Assembly: GCA_054600435.1 (NCBI GenBank)
Contig: BAAIJX010000060.1
Span: forward strand, 106,790 to 126,789
Direction: 5' to 3'
Source: Neophaeotheca triangularis
Taxonomy: Eukaryota
Length of the DNA stretch: 20,000 nucleotides
The position numbers and the translations under genes are program-made. The notes beneath the pieces are model-generated. The model ran no database searches and was not told the origin of the DNA. It saw only the letters and a list, made by a program, of their open reading frames with translations. Positions 1 through 10,629 of this stretch are shown in pieces (position 1 is the stretch's first letter; every line of letters begins with the position of its first letter).

Positions 1-1751
1 GTTTTCTGGAGTGGTCCGGACTCGAGAAGTGAGTGCATCGTCGCAAAACAATGGCAAGGGATCGCGTACTGACAATACACATAGGCCGCGCAAACGCAGC
101 ATGCATCCTAGCCACATACATGGTTCTCATCCAATCATGGCCGCCTCATCTAGCCCTTGCACCAATCGCGCAAATGGATCCACCGTGCATGCCTTTCCGC
201 GACGCCGGCTACAGTCAAGCCGACTACAGCCTGACAGTTCAGGATGTCGTTTACGGTGTGTGGAAGGCGAAAGAGGAGGGGTTGGTCGGATTGAAAGAGT
301 TCAGCCTGGAAGAGTACGAGAAATTTGAAAGGGTAGACATGGGCGACTTCAACTGGATCACACCCAGCTTCCTCGCTTTCGCAAGCCCACAACATCAGCC
401 AGTGGACGTGATTCAGCCTGGCCACCCACTCTACAGCACGCTTCCGCGATCATTGTCGGCATTGAGGCGCGACCAAACACTACCAACTCCGTTCAAGAAC
501 GTGCTCAGCCATTTCGTCGAGCGGAATATCGGTCTGGTGGTGCGCTTGAACTCTGAGCTCTACTCGCCTAGCTACTTCACGTCACTCGGCATCAAGCACC
601 TCGACATGATCTTCGACGACGGCACCTGCCCTCCGCTAAACCTCGTCCGCAAGTTTGTTGACCTGGCTCACCGCACAATTAACGAGAAGAAGAAGGGTAT
701 CGCAGTCCACTGTAAGGCCGGACTGGGACGAACAGGCTGCTTGATCGGCGCATACCTCATCTACCGTCACGGCTTTACTGCCAATGAGATTATCGCCTTT
801 ATGCGGTTTATGCGCCCTGGTATGGTCGTTGGTCCTCAACAACACTGGCTACATCTCAACCAAGGCACCTTCCGCGAATGGTGGTTTGAAGATACCGTCA
901 AGGCCCAAATCATCGCCTCCATGGCGCCCACTACCCCGACTCGCGCACAAAGATCTGCTAGCAGACGTCTAGCCAGCAACGGGCAGACATTCACCCCACC
1001 ACAAGGCGACCGCAATGCCGCGAACAACGTCAGCCCCCGTCGTTCTGCGCTCGGAGAAATCACAAACAATGAGCAAGCCGCCACATCCGCCCCCTACAAC
1101 AGTTCATCCGACGACAAGAGGGACCGCGTCGCCGACGAAAACCTCCCCGCTCCAACCCCTGGCCAACCGCGCAAGACCAGCAAGCTCTACGCCGGCAGTC
1201 GACGCGTCATGACGGAAAACCAACAACCCTTTGACGTCAAGCCCGACACCGAAGTCGTCACATCCCAACGCTCCGTCCACAACGATTCTGTAGACAACGA
1301 AGAAGACTACGCGCTCAAAATGCTAAACCGCAAAACCACGTCCCCAACAGCCAAAACCCCCTCCGCCATGAGCACCAACTCCGTCACCCGCTCCGGCAAA
1401 CGCCGCGCCGTCTCCTGCACCACAACAACCACAACGACCACCAAATGGGACGTCCCAACCGACACCGGTAGCGACAGCGAAAACCAACTCCCTCTCCGCG
1501 CAGGTTCCGAAGACGTGGACGTGGCTATGCTCGACCGCGTCAGCAGCCCGACTCGTGGTCCCAAAACTCCTTCCACCATGCGGTCTGGCAGCGGTATGGG
1601 CGGCGGTCTGAGCGTGGGGAAGCGTAGTAGTCCCATGCGCAGGAGTACAGAGAGCGGCGGTAACGGCAAGACTGGCGTGCGGAAGACGAGTGGCCGTGTG
1701 GGCAGTCTGGGGAGTGGGCAGCAAGGGAAGAGCGCGCAAAAGGCGGCTTAA
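1..1751 (+). CDS. CDC14: Dual-specificity protein phosphatase Cdc14, 5'-truncated by the window edge; exons 1-28 and 85-1751
   Basis: Catalytic HCKAGLGRTG (CX5R) motif, the DMIFDDGTCP acid loop, GDFNWITP and RFMRPGMVVGPQQ, followed by a Ser/Thr/Pro-rich disordered tail. Splicing out 29-84 gives ...VFWSGPDSRSRANAACILATY..., the conserved Cdc14 N-terminal domain segment. The ORF-track start at 33 lies inside the intron. Stop TAA at 1749-1751. Confidence 0.96.
29..84 (+). other. Spliceosomal intron of CDC14 (56 nt)
   Basis: 5' splice site GTGAGT at 29, branch site TACTGAC at 67-73, acceptor TAG at 82-84. Removal joins A+GC (Ser) and keeps the frame. Confidence 0.9.
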
Positions 1752-2509
1752 GAATACTCAAGAAGCTGGAAGCTGCTGAGGTGAGGAAGGATTGGGATTT
1801 CGTATTCTTTTGTTTTTCTCGGGATGTCGACTCGCGATGGCGTGGTTTGGGGCCCGGGTCTAGGCAAGCATGGCGCAAACGGTCTGGTCTGGAGTTTTGA
1901 GTCAAGTCACGGTCAGGGTGGCTTTGTTGCTTGTATCACCTTTTGGTTCCTTTTTGCTTTCGCGGCGGCGTTTTCCGCCGCACGGTTGGCCCAATATTAC
2001 GATGAGCGAGATGCGGGTGTCTTTTTTATTCTTGCTTACGTACATTCCGGTTACTGCCCCATGGTTGAAATCAGCATGGTTTGACCTCTTGCCTCTTTTT
2101 GCTTTTTGCACTCGTGTTGCTCGCATTGGCATAGTGGTTTGGCGAGATTGGTGGGGGTTTCCTTTCCTTTTATCTTGTCTTGGGCTTCGGGGGGTTGAGC
2201 TTGCGTGAATGAGTATACCACACCACGCATTGCAGGCTTTGGCAGTGAATTCGCATCTCCTCGTCTTTCTCTTCGTCTCTCTGTCTGCCGCTTTCTCAGT
2301 GTCTCGGGCCCTCTCTCCGTCCGTTTCGTTCATGACGACTGTTTTCGCTCTTGTGCCTTCGACCTTCTTTCCATGCCACCAAAAAGCTCCACCACTTGCT
2401 TAGCAACGGCAAAAAAACATCAAAAGAGATACAACAGGTGGGATTCCCACGTGGTCACCCACCGTAGTACTAATCACCCGCTTCAGTGCTTGAATATGGC
2501 AGAGCAAAA

Positions 2510-2624
2510 GGTAGGTAGGTAGGGTAGCTGTCCCGTATCGAGGTAGTAGCGTAGTAGCGTAGTACCTAGGTAAGGTGTAGGTAGGTACGGAGGTATTTAG
2601 GTACCTAGGTGGTAGGTAGGTAGT
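2510..2624. repeat. Degenerate GTAG/GGTA-rich low-complexity tract
   Basis: Runs such as GGTAGGTAGGTAGGGTAG, GTAGTAGCGTAGTAGCGTAGTACC and GGTAGGTAGGTAG are read directly from the sequence. Confidence 0.75.
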
Positions 2625-4896
2625 ATTCGGGGAAAGTAGCTTTAGTTAGTAAGCGTACTAAAGTAGTGGCAATATCACTACGGCCACACGGCTTCGCCGC
2701 GAGCCGTAGTAATATTGTGGATGCCTTAGATTCACTGAGCTCTGGTCGTATCTGGAAGCAACAGCTGTGTCTGCGTATATAGACATATATTTTCAATAAG
2801 AAGGTGCGATCGAGGAGATGGCTACAGCGTGGACATGTATCAAACTAACATAGCTCAAGTAATACCGTGACTCGGACCCGAGCACTTAGAAGTACCCTTT
2901 AGCTGGCTAGCTACCAGCTCTCGAAGCAAAATTTCACGACCAACATCAAGCTTCCCACTTGGTACCTTGTCTCCTTTCCCGCACTCTTACCGCCTAGACT
3001 GCGGATCCGCACATAGAAAACCAAAAAAAAAAAAAAGAAACCTCGAGCTTCGTAGGTAACGTACGTACGGCAGGCTGTCCAATCCGGACGCTCGACAGCG
3101 TGTCTACAAAGCACAACCCGACGTACCCTATTTCATCTCTACACCGATCCCTACCACTGTGCAACATACTTGGTTAGAACGGTTCCGGCCATTTTGGGGG
3201 TATGTCCAGGCAGGCACCCCAAGCTTGCCAGCTTCGAAAGCGGCAGTTGGGTAGGGTCGGTTTCGGGAGGTTCGCAGTGCGGTCTGTTGCGCCCAAGCAA
3301 CTTACAGCGCGAGCGAGGGGAGGTGATGACTTTTCTCGTGGAAGGGTAGGGAAGAGCTAGGTGTTCAAACCCCCCTGTTAACTTCGCTGGCCCTTTTTCA
3401 AACACCGTCTGGAGCCTCTGGTTCGGGCCCTCGTTGGAAATGCTCGCAAAAGCTGGGGACTGACCTGGGACTGGATTGTCTATCTACTGGAAAGCGGCAT
3501 CGACGATTTTCTCGTTCGGTCTTCCTCTGATGGACACAGCACTTTCGAGACTGGGCGAGAGTGCGAGGGTAAACCTGGTAGATTTGCTTCGCATTTCTAC
3601 GCCGGCGGTTCTGTAGGTGTGTGATGGACGGTTAAGGCGGACTGCGCGATCAGAACGTGGAAGGGTGGACTTTCATCTCCCGCTCGCTCTTGGGCGGTGC
3701 TTTGAAAGCCAGGGGAGACTTTTCGTAGACCTGTTATGACAGTCTAACCGCCCAGTCCATTCTTTTGAACCAGCAAGCAAGCTGGCTAAGTCAATCATGG
3801 CCGAATCACACTTCGCGTCCCCTGCGAACCCAAGCCCTTCCACTAATCTCTGGCGAGCAAGCCCTGCATTGGGGATCGACCATATAGCCATCACCGCCAG
3901 ACAAGCATCTGCGCTCCCACGATCTGTTAGCCCTTTATCCATTTCTACCCAACCAACTCGGATCGCTTCGACTCGAAGTCCAGGGCCCGCAATCACTAAC
4001 ATGCCAATGTAGCTATACACAAACAACCTCCAAGGCTACACTTAAGCCAGCGCCGAAGAAAAAAAAAGGCGCAGTCAATAAGCGGCCAAACCATTCCACA
4101 AGCCATCAGAGCCACGCCGACGAGCAAAACCACGCATCCAACCAAACACCAACCTCTCTCCTCTCCCCTCACGTCAAACTGTCCCCCATCGACATCCACG
4201 TCCACGGCACGCCCACCCCGTCTACACCCACTCCCCGCATTCTCCCTCCCACTCCCACCGCCCAAACCTCCAAACCTCCAAACCCCTCAACGACAAATAC
4301 AATAGTGCACCTCTCACCAAACCCTCCCACTCTGCTCGTCGGAGAAACGGTAAACGAGACCGCTCCAGAAACCCCGCCACCCTTCCTCGAGCAGACTGAG
4401 CCCGCGCACCTCAGAGAAATTGCAAAACTTGCTACTGAGACTGGGTATCTGTAGCTTAAGCGGTGCCGGCCATAGCTTTTGACAGCTTGGCGTTGACGTT
4501 GGTGTCGTCGTCGTCATCGTCGTCGTCGTTCTACTCGCAGTTGGCCAGTCCATGAATCTAGGGGGTCACGTGCCGGTCCCTCTGAAAGCGGCAGGCAGTG
4601 AACGAGCGAGCGAGTGAGGGGATGAGGCTGCGGAGGCTAGGAAGGCTGGGAAGGTGCTGTATAGGGCGCAAGGGGGAGGGGGGTGTAGTGCTAGCTATGC
4701 CCCCTTCGTGCCCTGCGGTGTTCCGTTCCGCTGCCGCCGTGGCGATGGAGCTCAAAAAGGGCGTCGGTTGTCTGCGTTGGGGGGAGCTGGGTGCGGTAGG
4801 GCTGAGGGAAGCATGCGCAGGTACCTGAATGAGATTGGTAGAATTGTCCGAAACGGGTTTCGAGTCCAAGTCTCTCTCTCGGAAGCCAGGCTTAGC

Positions 4897-4920
4897 GAGG
4901 GAGGGAGGGAGGGAGGGAGG
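4897..4920. repeat. (GAGG)6 microsatellite downstream of noxC
   Basis: Six perfect GAGG units. Confidence 0.85.
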
Positions 4921-5244
4921 AGGGGAGGCTGGCACATCGCTCCGAAACACCCGGGGTGGGGTGGGGTGAAGTTTAGTTGAGTCGAACTTGAAATACCTTA
5001 CACCAAAAGCTGCCCGATGAAAATAATCTCTGGGCGCAGCAAAAATCCCGTACCCCGAAACAGATCATTGATACCATCAGGTTGGACCAACAGACGCCTG
5101 ACTAAGCGCCACGCTACGCAAGCAAAAACCCCATCCATCCGTGGATCCATCCATTCTCGTCCATTGACAGGAGAAACCCGCACGGCCATTTCCACTACCT
5201 ACCTCCTCCCCCCGCGCCCAAAAAAACTACTAACCAATACGACA

Positions 5245-7585
5245 CTACCCAAAAACCTCAATCAAAAAATCATACCTAACCCTCCTCCCCTCGTGCCTCG
5301 CCCTGGCAGTAAGCATATGACATTTATCGCTCAAAATTTCCCCAACGACGGCAGGACCACAATAGAAAACCCCGACGCGTCGCTCGCCCGCGATTTCCGA
5401 GTCGGTGTCGTCGCGGAGCCCCTCGCCCGTGCGCTCAGCCGCGGCGATGATTTCCTCGTAGTGGGTCTCGAGGATGGCGTCGAAGTCTGGACGGCCGAAG
5501 TGGGAGGGGGCTTTGAGACCGGTGAGAGCCGAGTAGGGCGAGTCCGGGGTGCGGTAGCTGTCGAGGAGGTAGCGGAAAATGTGGGTTGAGATATTTTTGC
5601 GTTTGGCTGTTATGTGGGTGTTGATGTTGAGCTGGAAGGGGATGGTTAGTGAGGGCTGCTGGTGGAGAAGGGGGGAAAGGGAAGGATCGGGGGCGGCAAC
5701 TCACTTCGAGGTCTCCGCTTCTTTGCAGCGGTTTCGCGCCGTCTGAGGCTCGGTTCAACAGGTCCGCGAACCAGAGGAGGTTGTTCTTCTCCCTGACCGT
5801 CCAGTGAAAATCGACTCGGCGTTTGCAGGGCGGGAATTTCTCGGTTTCCGTCTCTTCCTCGCTACTGCCGGACCTTTCGCCTTCTTTTTCCTTCTTTGTG
5901 GCTTCGTCGTCTGTCGCGGTGAGGTCGCCGAGGCTAGCTCGGCGAGAATGGGAACGCGAGCGCGAGGTTCTGCGACTACCGGCACGGGAGACTGCGCGGG
6001 AGACGGAACGCGAACCCGGACGCGAGAGGGATCGGGAGCCACGACGCTCGTCCCAGGGGTTGGTGTCGGGGTCTAGTTGCGATTCCTCAATGTCCGTCAG
6101 GATGGCGGAAAAGGGTGTGATTCCGATGCCGCCACCGACGATGATGGAGTAGTCATAGTCGTAGAAGCGCTGAGCGGGAGCACCAAATGGACCGTCGATG
6201 CCGACTTTGATCGGGACTTGACGTTTGTCGCTGTCTTGACCAAGATCGCGGAGCTTGCGGGTCCAGTCACCATCGAATTTGATGTGGAGTTGAAGTATGG
6301 GGCCGCGACAGGAGGATATGGTGAAAGGGTGCCATTGGAAGAAGGAGAGGGCGGGGACTTGAAGGAGCACGTACTGGCCTGCCGAGTAGGGCCAGTCTTT
6401 ACCCGAGGGGTGTTTGCAAGTCAGTTCGGCGGTTTCGTCGTCGAGGACGCGCAGTTTGGCTGGTATGTGCATGAAGCCGCGGATCAAGCGCCAGGAGCGC
6501 TCGCCAACGACTAAAAGCGCGGGAAAAGCCAGCCAGTAGCCTAGCATGGGGTGGTAGAGGTATTGGGCGGTGCCGTGAGCGACAAGCATGGCGATCATGG
6601 GAAACATGAGAAGGTGGCCTAGTTGGAAGAGCTCGTAGCTGCGTTTTCGTACATAGGGGACGCTAAGGAGTGAGATTATCCAGAAAGAGCTCAGCGCTAC
6701 TATGCCTGTCCAGCCGGGGAGGGCGCGCACCCAGTCTACGTAGGACATGGGGACTGCATCTGGACCCAGCAAATCCTCCAGTTGCTGTTCCCGGGAGGGG
6801 CGGGTGCTGTAGAGCATATCGCCTGCCAAATGACCGATAGCGTGCAGTGTCGCAAAAAACAAACCCGCGCAAGCCATCTTGATGTGGAAGCTCTGAGTCA
6901 AGTCCCAGTTTGCAAAACGGCTGACGGTGTAGCTCCTGCGCATGAAGGTCGCAAAGTGTCGGCTCATACTAAGTAGCATGAAGAAGAGGGTCGGGTAGAG
7001 CACGCCGGCGCAAGTTTTGGCGAGGATGACACCCCAACCCAGTGCAGCGCGATAGGTAGGCCTTTGTAGGTAGCTGATCATCTGCCACAAACCAAAGGCT
7101 AACTGAAGCGCAACGACAAGGGCGACGAAAGCGTAGGTGGAGCCGTGGACAGCGACGTAAGCGCGGATTCTTCGACGCATGGGCAAGCCTTTCTCCTCGG
7201 CAGCATCGTCCTTGTCTTGCGAGGTACTATCCGTCTGCTTCTGACTCGGCACGTTCCAGCTCTTGACCTTTTCCATGAATTCGTCTCGCGCGATTGTGTC
7301 GCCGCTGTTGGGCATGAGGCTGCAGAGGAAAGCGTGCAAGCCATCGCCCTTGTGGCCCTTGCCGTCGGCCTTTTCAACATCTCTACCGCGCCGCGAAGGG
7401 TGATGGAGGTGGTGGGCTAGCGGTTCGGGGGCGAGCTCTTGGTGGACCTCGTGGAGTTTGGCCTCTAGCTCGCTGAATTCGATGGTGCCATTATTGTTGC
7501 GATCAATGTCGTCGAAGAAGTTGTTAATCTCCTCATCGGTGAGGGGTTTGAAGTCCTTGGCTGCGGTATCGATGGGGCCGTCCAT
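5245..7585 (-). CDS. noxC: EF-hand-containing NADPH oxidase (NoxC/Nox3; NOX5/RBOH-like), about 755 aa; exons 7585-5705 and 5631-5245
   Basis: Start MDGPID at 7585 (the upstream ORF extension is microsatellite). EF-hand loop DIDRNNNGTIEFSEL; ferric-reductase TM helices with paired His (FHIKM...TLHAIGH; GHLLM...VAHG); FAD motif WHPFTISS; GPFG; NADPH motif GGGIGITPF. After splicing 5632-5704 the frame continues LNINTHIT...TGLKAPSHFGRPDF...RVGVFYCGP...FLIEVFG*, the canonical NOX C-terminus. Confidence 0.92.
5632..5704 (-). other. Spliceosomal intron of noxC (73 nt)
   Basis: On the minus strand: GTGAGT donor at 5704, CTAAC branch (plus-strand GTTAG at 5645-5649), CAG acceptor ending at 5632. Removal restores the HFGRP and FYCGP motifs. 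Confidence 0.92.
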
Positions 7586-7658
7586 GGCCTGGGAGTGTAG
7601 TACAGGTGCAGGTGCAGGTGATGGCGTTTGGCTTGTTTCTCTTCCCACTTTGTTTGAA

Positions 7659-7760
7659 AGGGAGGGAGGGAGGGAGGGAGGGAGGGAGGGCAGAGAGTGG
7701 AAAGGAGTGGAGTGGAGTGGAATCCAAGGGAGGGCAGCAAAGCAAAGCAAAGCAAAGCAA
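7659..7760. repeat. Compound microsatellite (AGGG)8, (GGAGT)3, (AGCAA)5 in the noxC 5' region
   Basis: Units read at 7659-7690, 7704-7718 and 7736-7760. The tract is pyrimidine-rich on the noxC sense strand. Confidence 0.9.
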
Positions 7761-8580
7761 CCTACAAGCAGACGACAGACAGCAAAGGCAGCCAACACTT
7801 GGTGCGTTGTTTGCAAGCAAAGCGCCAATGCGCGTGGCCCTGAATAGCAACTTGAGAGTCAAGGAAGAGAAGTTGCCCTGAAGTGAATTCAAGATTCTTG
7901 TGTAGTACTTCTCGGCGCCATGTCTTGGGATGTCTTGGTATTTGGCTTTACCACGAGTAGGTAGACGGGTCTGACTATTCCATCCCTCCAGATGCGTGTA
8001 AATGATAGATAGACATGTATATGTTATGTTGTTGAAGGGTGCCACCCCAAGTACCTACGTGGTACAGCTTCCATAGCCCTATAGGTGTAAGGCAGAGATT
8101 ACTACTGAAGTAGGGTGTAAGGTAGAATAGACAGGCCGAGGCTTGAAGTCTTGATGCCAACGCTAGAGCTGACGTGGGGCCAAGGGACGGGAGGGAGGGA
8201 CCGAAGTGGGTCCAGGCTCCCCGGAATACTTACATAAGGTGAGTTATCAACTTAGTCACGTGGTTAGTGAAGAGTTCAAGTAAGGAACCGCATCGACAAC
8301 CTGCCATAGTCGACTTGATCGAGACATCCATATACTGACCTATCTAGGCATGCCATAAAGTATCCATCCACCCATGGCCCCTAGTCTGATTTAGTTAAGC
8401 GCCAGGTATAGTTACTCCAGGGCCAAGACCATCTCTGTTTGTCGTATTCGCTTTGGTCCATTTCTCGTATCTCACAACCAACCCAACCACTGTACCTAGA
8501 GATATAACTGCCACAAAACTCGCAACGAATCTCATCCTTCGTTTCCCTCTCTCTTTTGTTTTTTCCAGCAGCCACATATC

Positions 8581-10629
8581 ATGTCTCCTTTGAAGACACC
8601 CCTTCTATACGCAGCCTTAACGGCGTGCCTGGCTGTTGACAATATTTATGCGCATGCAAACAGCCCCGAGCAGATTGACATTGAGCAACTGCCTTTACCT
8701 CCAGTAGTCCAAAGTCTCGAGCCAGGATCATGTAACCGCTTCGTCAACTTCCACGACACTGGTTGCATAGGTCAGACTACTGGCCTCCAAGGTGGTAATT
8801 TCCTACCAGATGGCCGTCATGTCATGGCCACTGTCAAATTTGCCGGTGCCCCTGCTGCTCCAGACCCCAGGAGCATTTACCAAGGCCAGCAGCTCATCGT
8901 TATCAAGACGGATGGCACCTTCTTTCCTAACGGTGATTCATGGAAATGTCTTACTTGCGGTGTGCCTGAAAACCAGGCTATTGGCTTGGACCCTCACGAT
9001 ACCAAAAAATGGGGATACCCCCAAGCTTTCAAAGACGGGACACGCGCTCTCGCTGGCCATTACATTGTTGAATGCGAACGAGACTTCCCTCTGGTCAGCG
9101 ACGACTGCGGTCCGCAGCAGATTCACATCTACCCCATCCGCATGGAAAACACTGAGGAGGGGACCGGCCGTGGCGCAGCATTACGAGAGCTACGAATCCA
9201 CCCGGACGACACGCACATCGGTGTGAACGTCTTCAGTACTTCGGGAGGAAAGCTAGGCCAGACTGCATACATCGGACGCTTGCACTTCAACTCGTCACCA
9301 ACGACCGGCCTCCCGCTAGCCTCTCGATACGACATAGTCTCCGTAAACCAACTCCTCGACCCCAACAGCCCTCAGCCTGTGTCCGTCCAAGGCGACGAAC
9401 TCTTCATCAACAACTCCGCCATCAGCATAGGCGAGCTCCGCGGTTTCAGCGGCACAGGCGCCGAAGTCGTTTACATCGGCTACCCGCACGAATCTTGCAA
9501 CATCGACGTCTTCGCCGCCAACCTGCGCACAGGCGCCGTGCGCCGCCTAACCACCCATCCAGGCTACGTCGACCCCGTCCAGTTCTCCCCCGACGACGCC
9601 TCCATAATCACAATGGACACCCGCGGCAACTCGCGTGTAAACTTCATGTCCGGCATGCGATCCATTCCACCCGTTCTCGATCTTCTCACCGCCACCGCTT
9701 GCGCTTCCGTCCGCAACAACGGCCAACGCCGCTTCTTCCAGCCCTGGCTCCTCGGCGCCCAAGGCGACTACTCTCCTCACCCTGCCCGCGAACTCAACGC
9801 CGCGTCAACCGGCCGCCCCGGCACCGGCGCCATCAACGATCCCGAATGGAACGGCCGCGCAGACCCCTGGTTCTCCCCCGACGGCACGCAAATCCTTTAC
9901 TGGCAAGCCCAAACCCGCGCCCCAGCTTGCGGCAGCCCAAACCCCCTACCCTGCTACCCTTCCCACGAAACCGGAAACCGCAAAGAGCGCCTCATGCTCG
10001 CGACCCTCGGCGACCGCGCCCCCATCTCTACCAACAAAACCCTCACAACCCCAGCCCCAGACACCATCCCCTGGGCTCTCCCCTACAACCCCGGCACCAC
10101 GCCACAAAACCGCCCCCAACCGCCTCCCGGCACCTACAACCTCCCAGCCCCCTCCTCGGGCACCGCAACCGTCCACCTCACCTCTCCCTACCCTTCCCCC
10201 AACCAAGCTCTAACCTCAATCCACATCACCTACCACAACTTCTCCTCGGACAACAACCAAACCTTCCTAACCGGAACCCAAAACGCCACCCTCCTCCCAA
10301 CCAACTCCCCGACTCTGACACGCTTACACTGGACCTCAGACCTCCACTCCACCGACCGCGACGGCCGAGTACATGCTTCCCAACTCACGAGTCTCGGCGG
10401 TTTCGAACTGTCCATCGACGCGATGACGAACATTTTCCACGCGACCGGGACGCTGAAAACCGTGGTCGGGGGCAGGGAGTGGGAGCAGCCGGCGGAGGGG
10501 CAAGGAGTGGGTGCTGAAGAGCCAGAGAGTGCGAAGAAGGGTGGTTTTCTCGGGCCCTTTTCAGGATGGTGGGTTTCCGCTGATCGTGGTCGAGAAGCCG
10601 ACGAGCGGCGGCAGCAGATTTTAACGTAG
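8581..10629 (+). CDS. Secreted saponin-hydrolase-family protein (similar to fungal soyasaponin hydrolases), 682 aa, apparently intronless
   Basis: N-terminal signal-peptide-like segment (LLYAALTACLA). Blocks LPLPP, GNFLPD, GAPAAPDP.SIY.G.QLI..K.DGT.F.NGD.WKC.TCG, IGELRGFSG.G.E, ESCNIDVFA..L.TG.VRRLT.HP.Y.DP, SVRNNGQRRFFQP and WNGRADP.FSPDG match my recollection of 'saponin hydrolase precursor' proteins. FSPD repeats suggest a TolB-like beta-propeller. Confidence 0.8.
   Translation: MSPLKTPLLYAALTACLAVDNIYAHANSPEQIDIEQLPLPPVVQSLEPGSCNRFVNFHDTGCIGQTTGLQGGNFLPDGRHVMATVKFAGAPAAPDPRSIYQGQQLIVIKTDGTFFPNGDSWKCLTCGVPENQAIGLDPHDTKKWGYPQAFKDGTRALAGHYIVECERDFPLVSDDCGPQQIHIYPIRMENTEEGTGRGAALRELRIHPDDTHIGVNVFSTSGGKLGQTAYIGRLHFNSSPTTGLPLASRYDIVSVNQLLDPNSPQPVSVQGDELFINNSAISIGELRGFSGTGAEVVYIGYPHESCNIDVFAANLRTGAVRRLTTHPGYVDPVQFSPDDASIITMDTRGNSRVNFMSGMRSIPPVLDLLTATACASVRNNGQRRFFQPWLLGAQGDYSPHPARELNAASTGRPGTGAINDPEWNGRADPWFSPDGTQILYWQAQTRAPACGSPNPLPCYPSHETGNRKERLMLATLGDRAPISTNKTLTTPAPDTIPWALPYNPGTTPQNRPQPPPGTYNLPAPSSGTATVHLTSPYPSPNQALTSIHITYHNFSSDNNQTFLTGTQNATLLPTNSPTLTRLHWTSDLHSTDRDGRVHASQLTSLGGFELSIDAMTNIFHATGTLKTVVGGREWEQPAEGQGVGAEEPESAKKGGFLGPFSGWWVSADRGREADERRQQILT

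Noticed and set aside
1824..2522. Cluster of hydrophobic or basic short ORFs after CDC14
   Set aside because: Products of the T/G-rich 3' UTR and CT-rich low-complexity sequence.
2510..2624. GTAG-rich tract as a telomeric, CRISPR or transposon-end repeat
   Set aside because: Irregular units, not TTAGGG, with no spacers or terminal inverted repeats. Ordinary fungal intergenic low complexity.
3323..3463. Box C (GTGATGA) and box D (CTGA) pair suggesting a snoRNA
   Set aside because: Poor terminal stem, no recognisable rRNA guide, and such short motifs arise by chance.
5017..5589. 190-aa plus-strand ORF
   Set aside because: Antisense to the last noxC exon, whose minus-strand frame carries the conserved motifs.
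7586..7828. 81-aa N-terminal extension of the NOX ORF
   Set aside because: It translates microsatellites (LLCFA, PPSL repeats) from a TTG start. The ATG at 7585 is the plausible start.
9495..10517. 340-aa Arg/Pro/His-rich overlapping ORF
   Set aside because: Off-frame shadow of the C-rich saponin hydrolase CDS, with a non-ATG start and no protein-like features.
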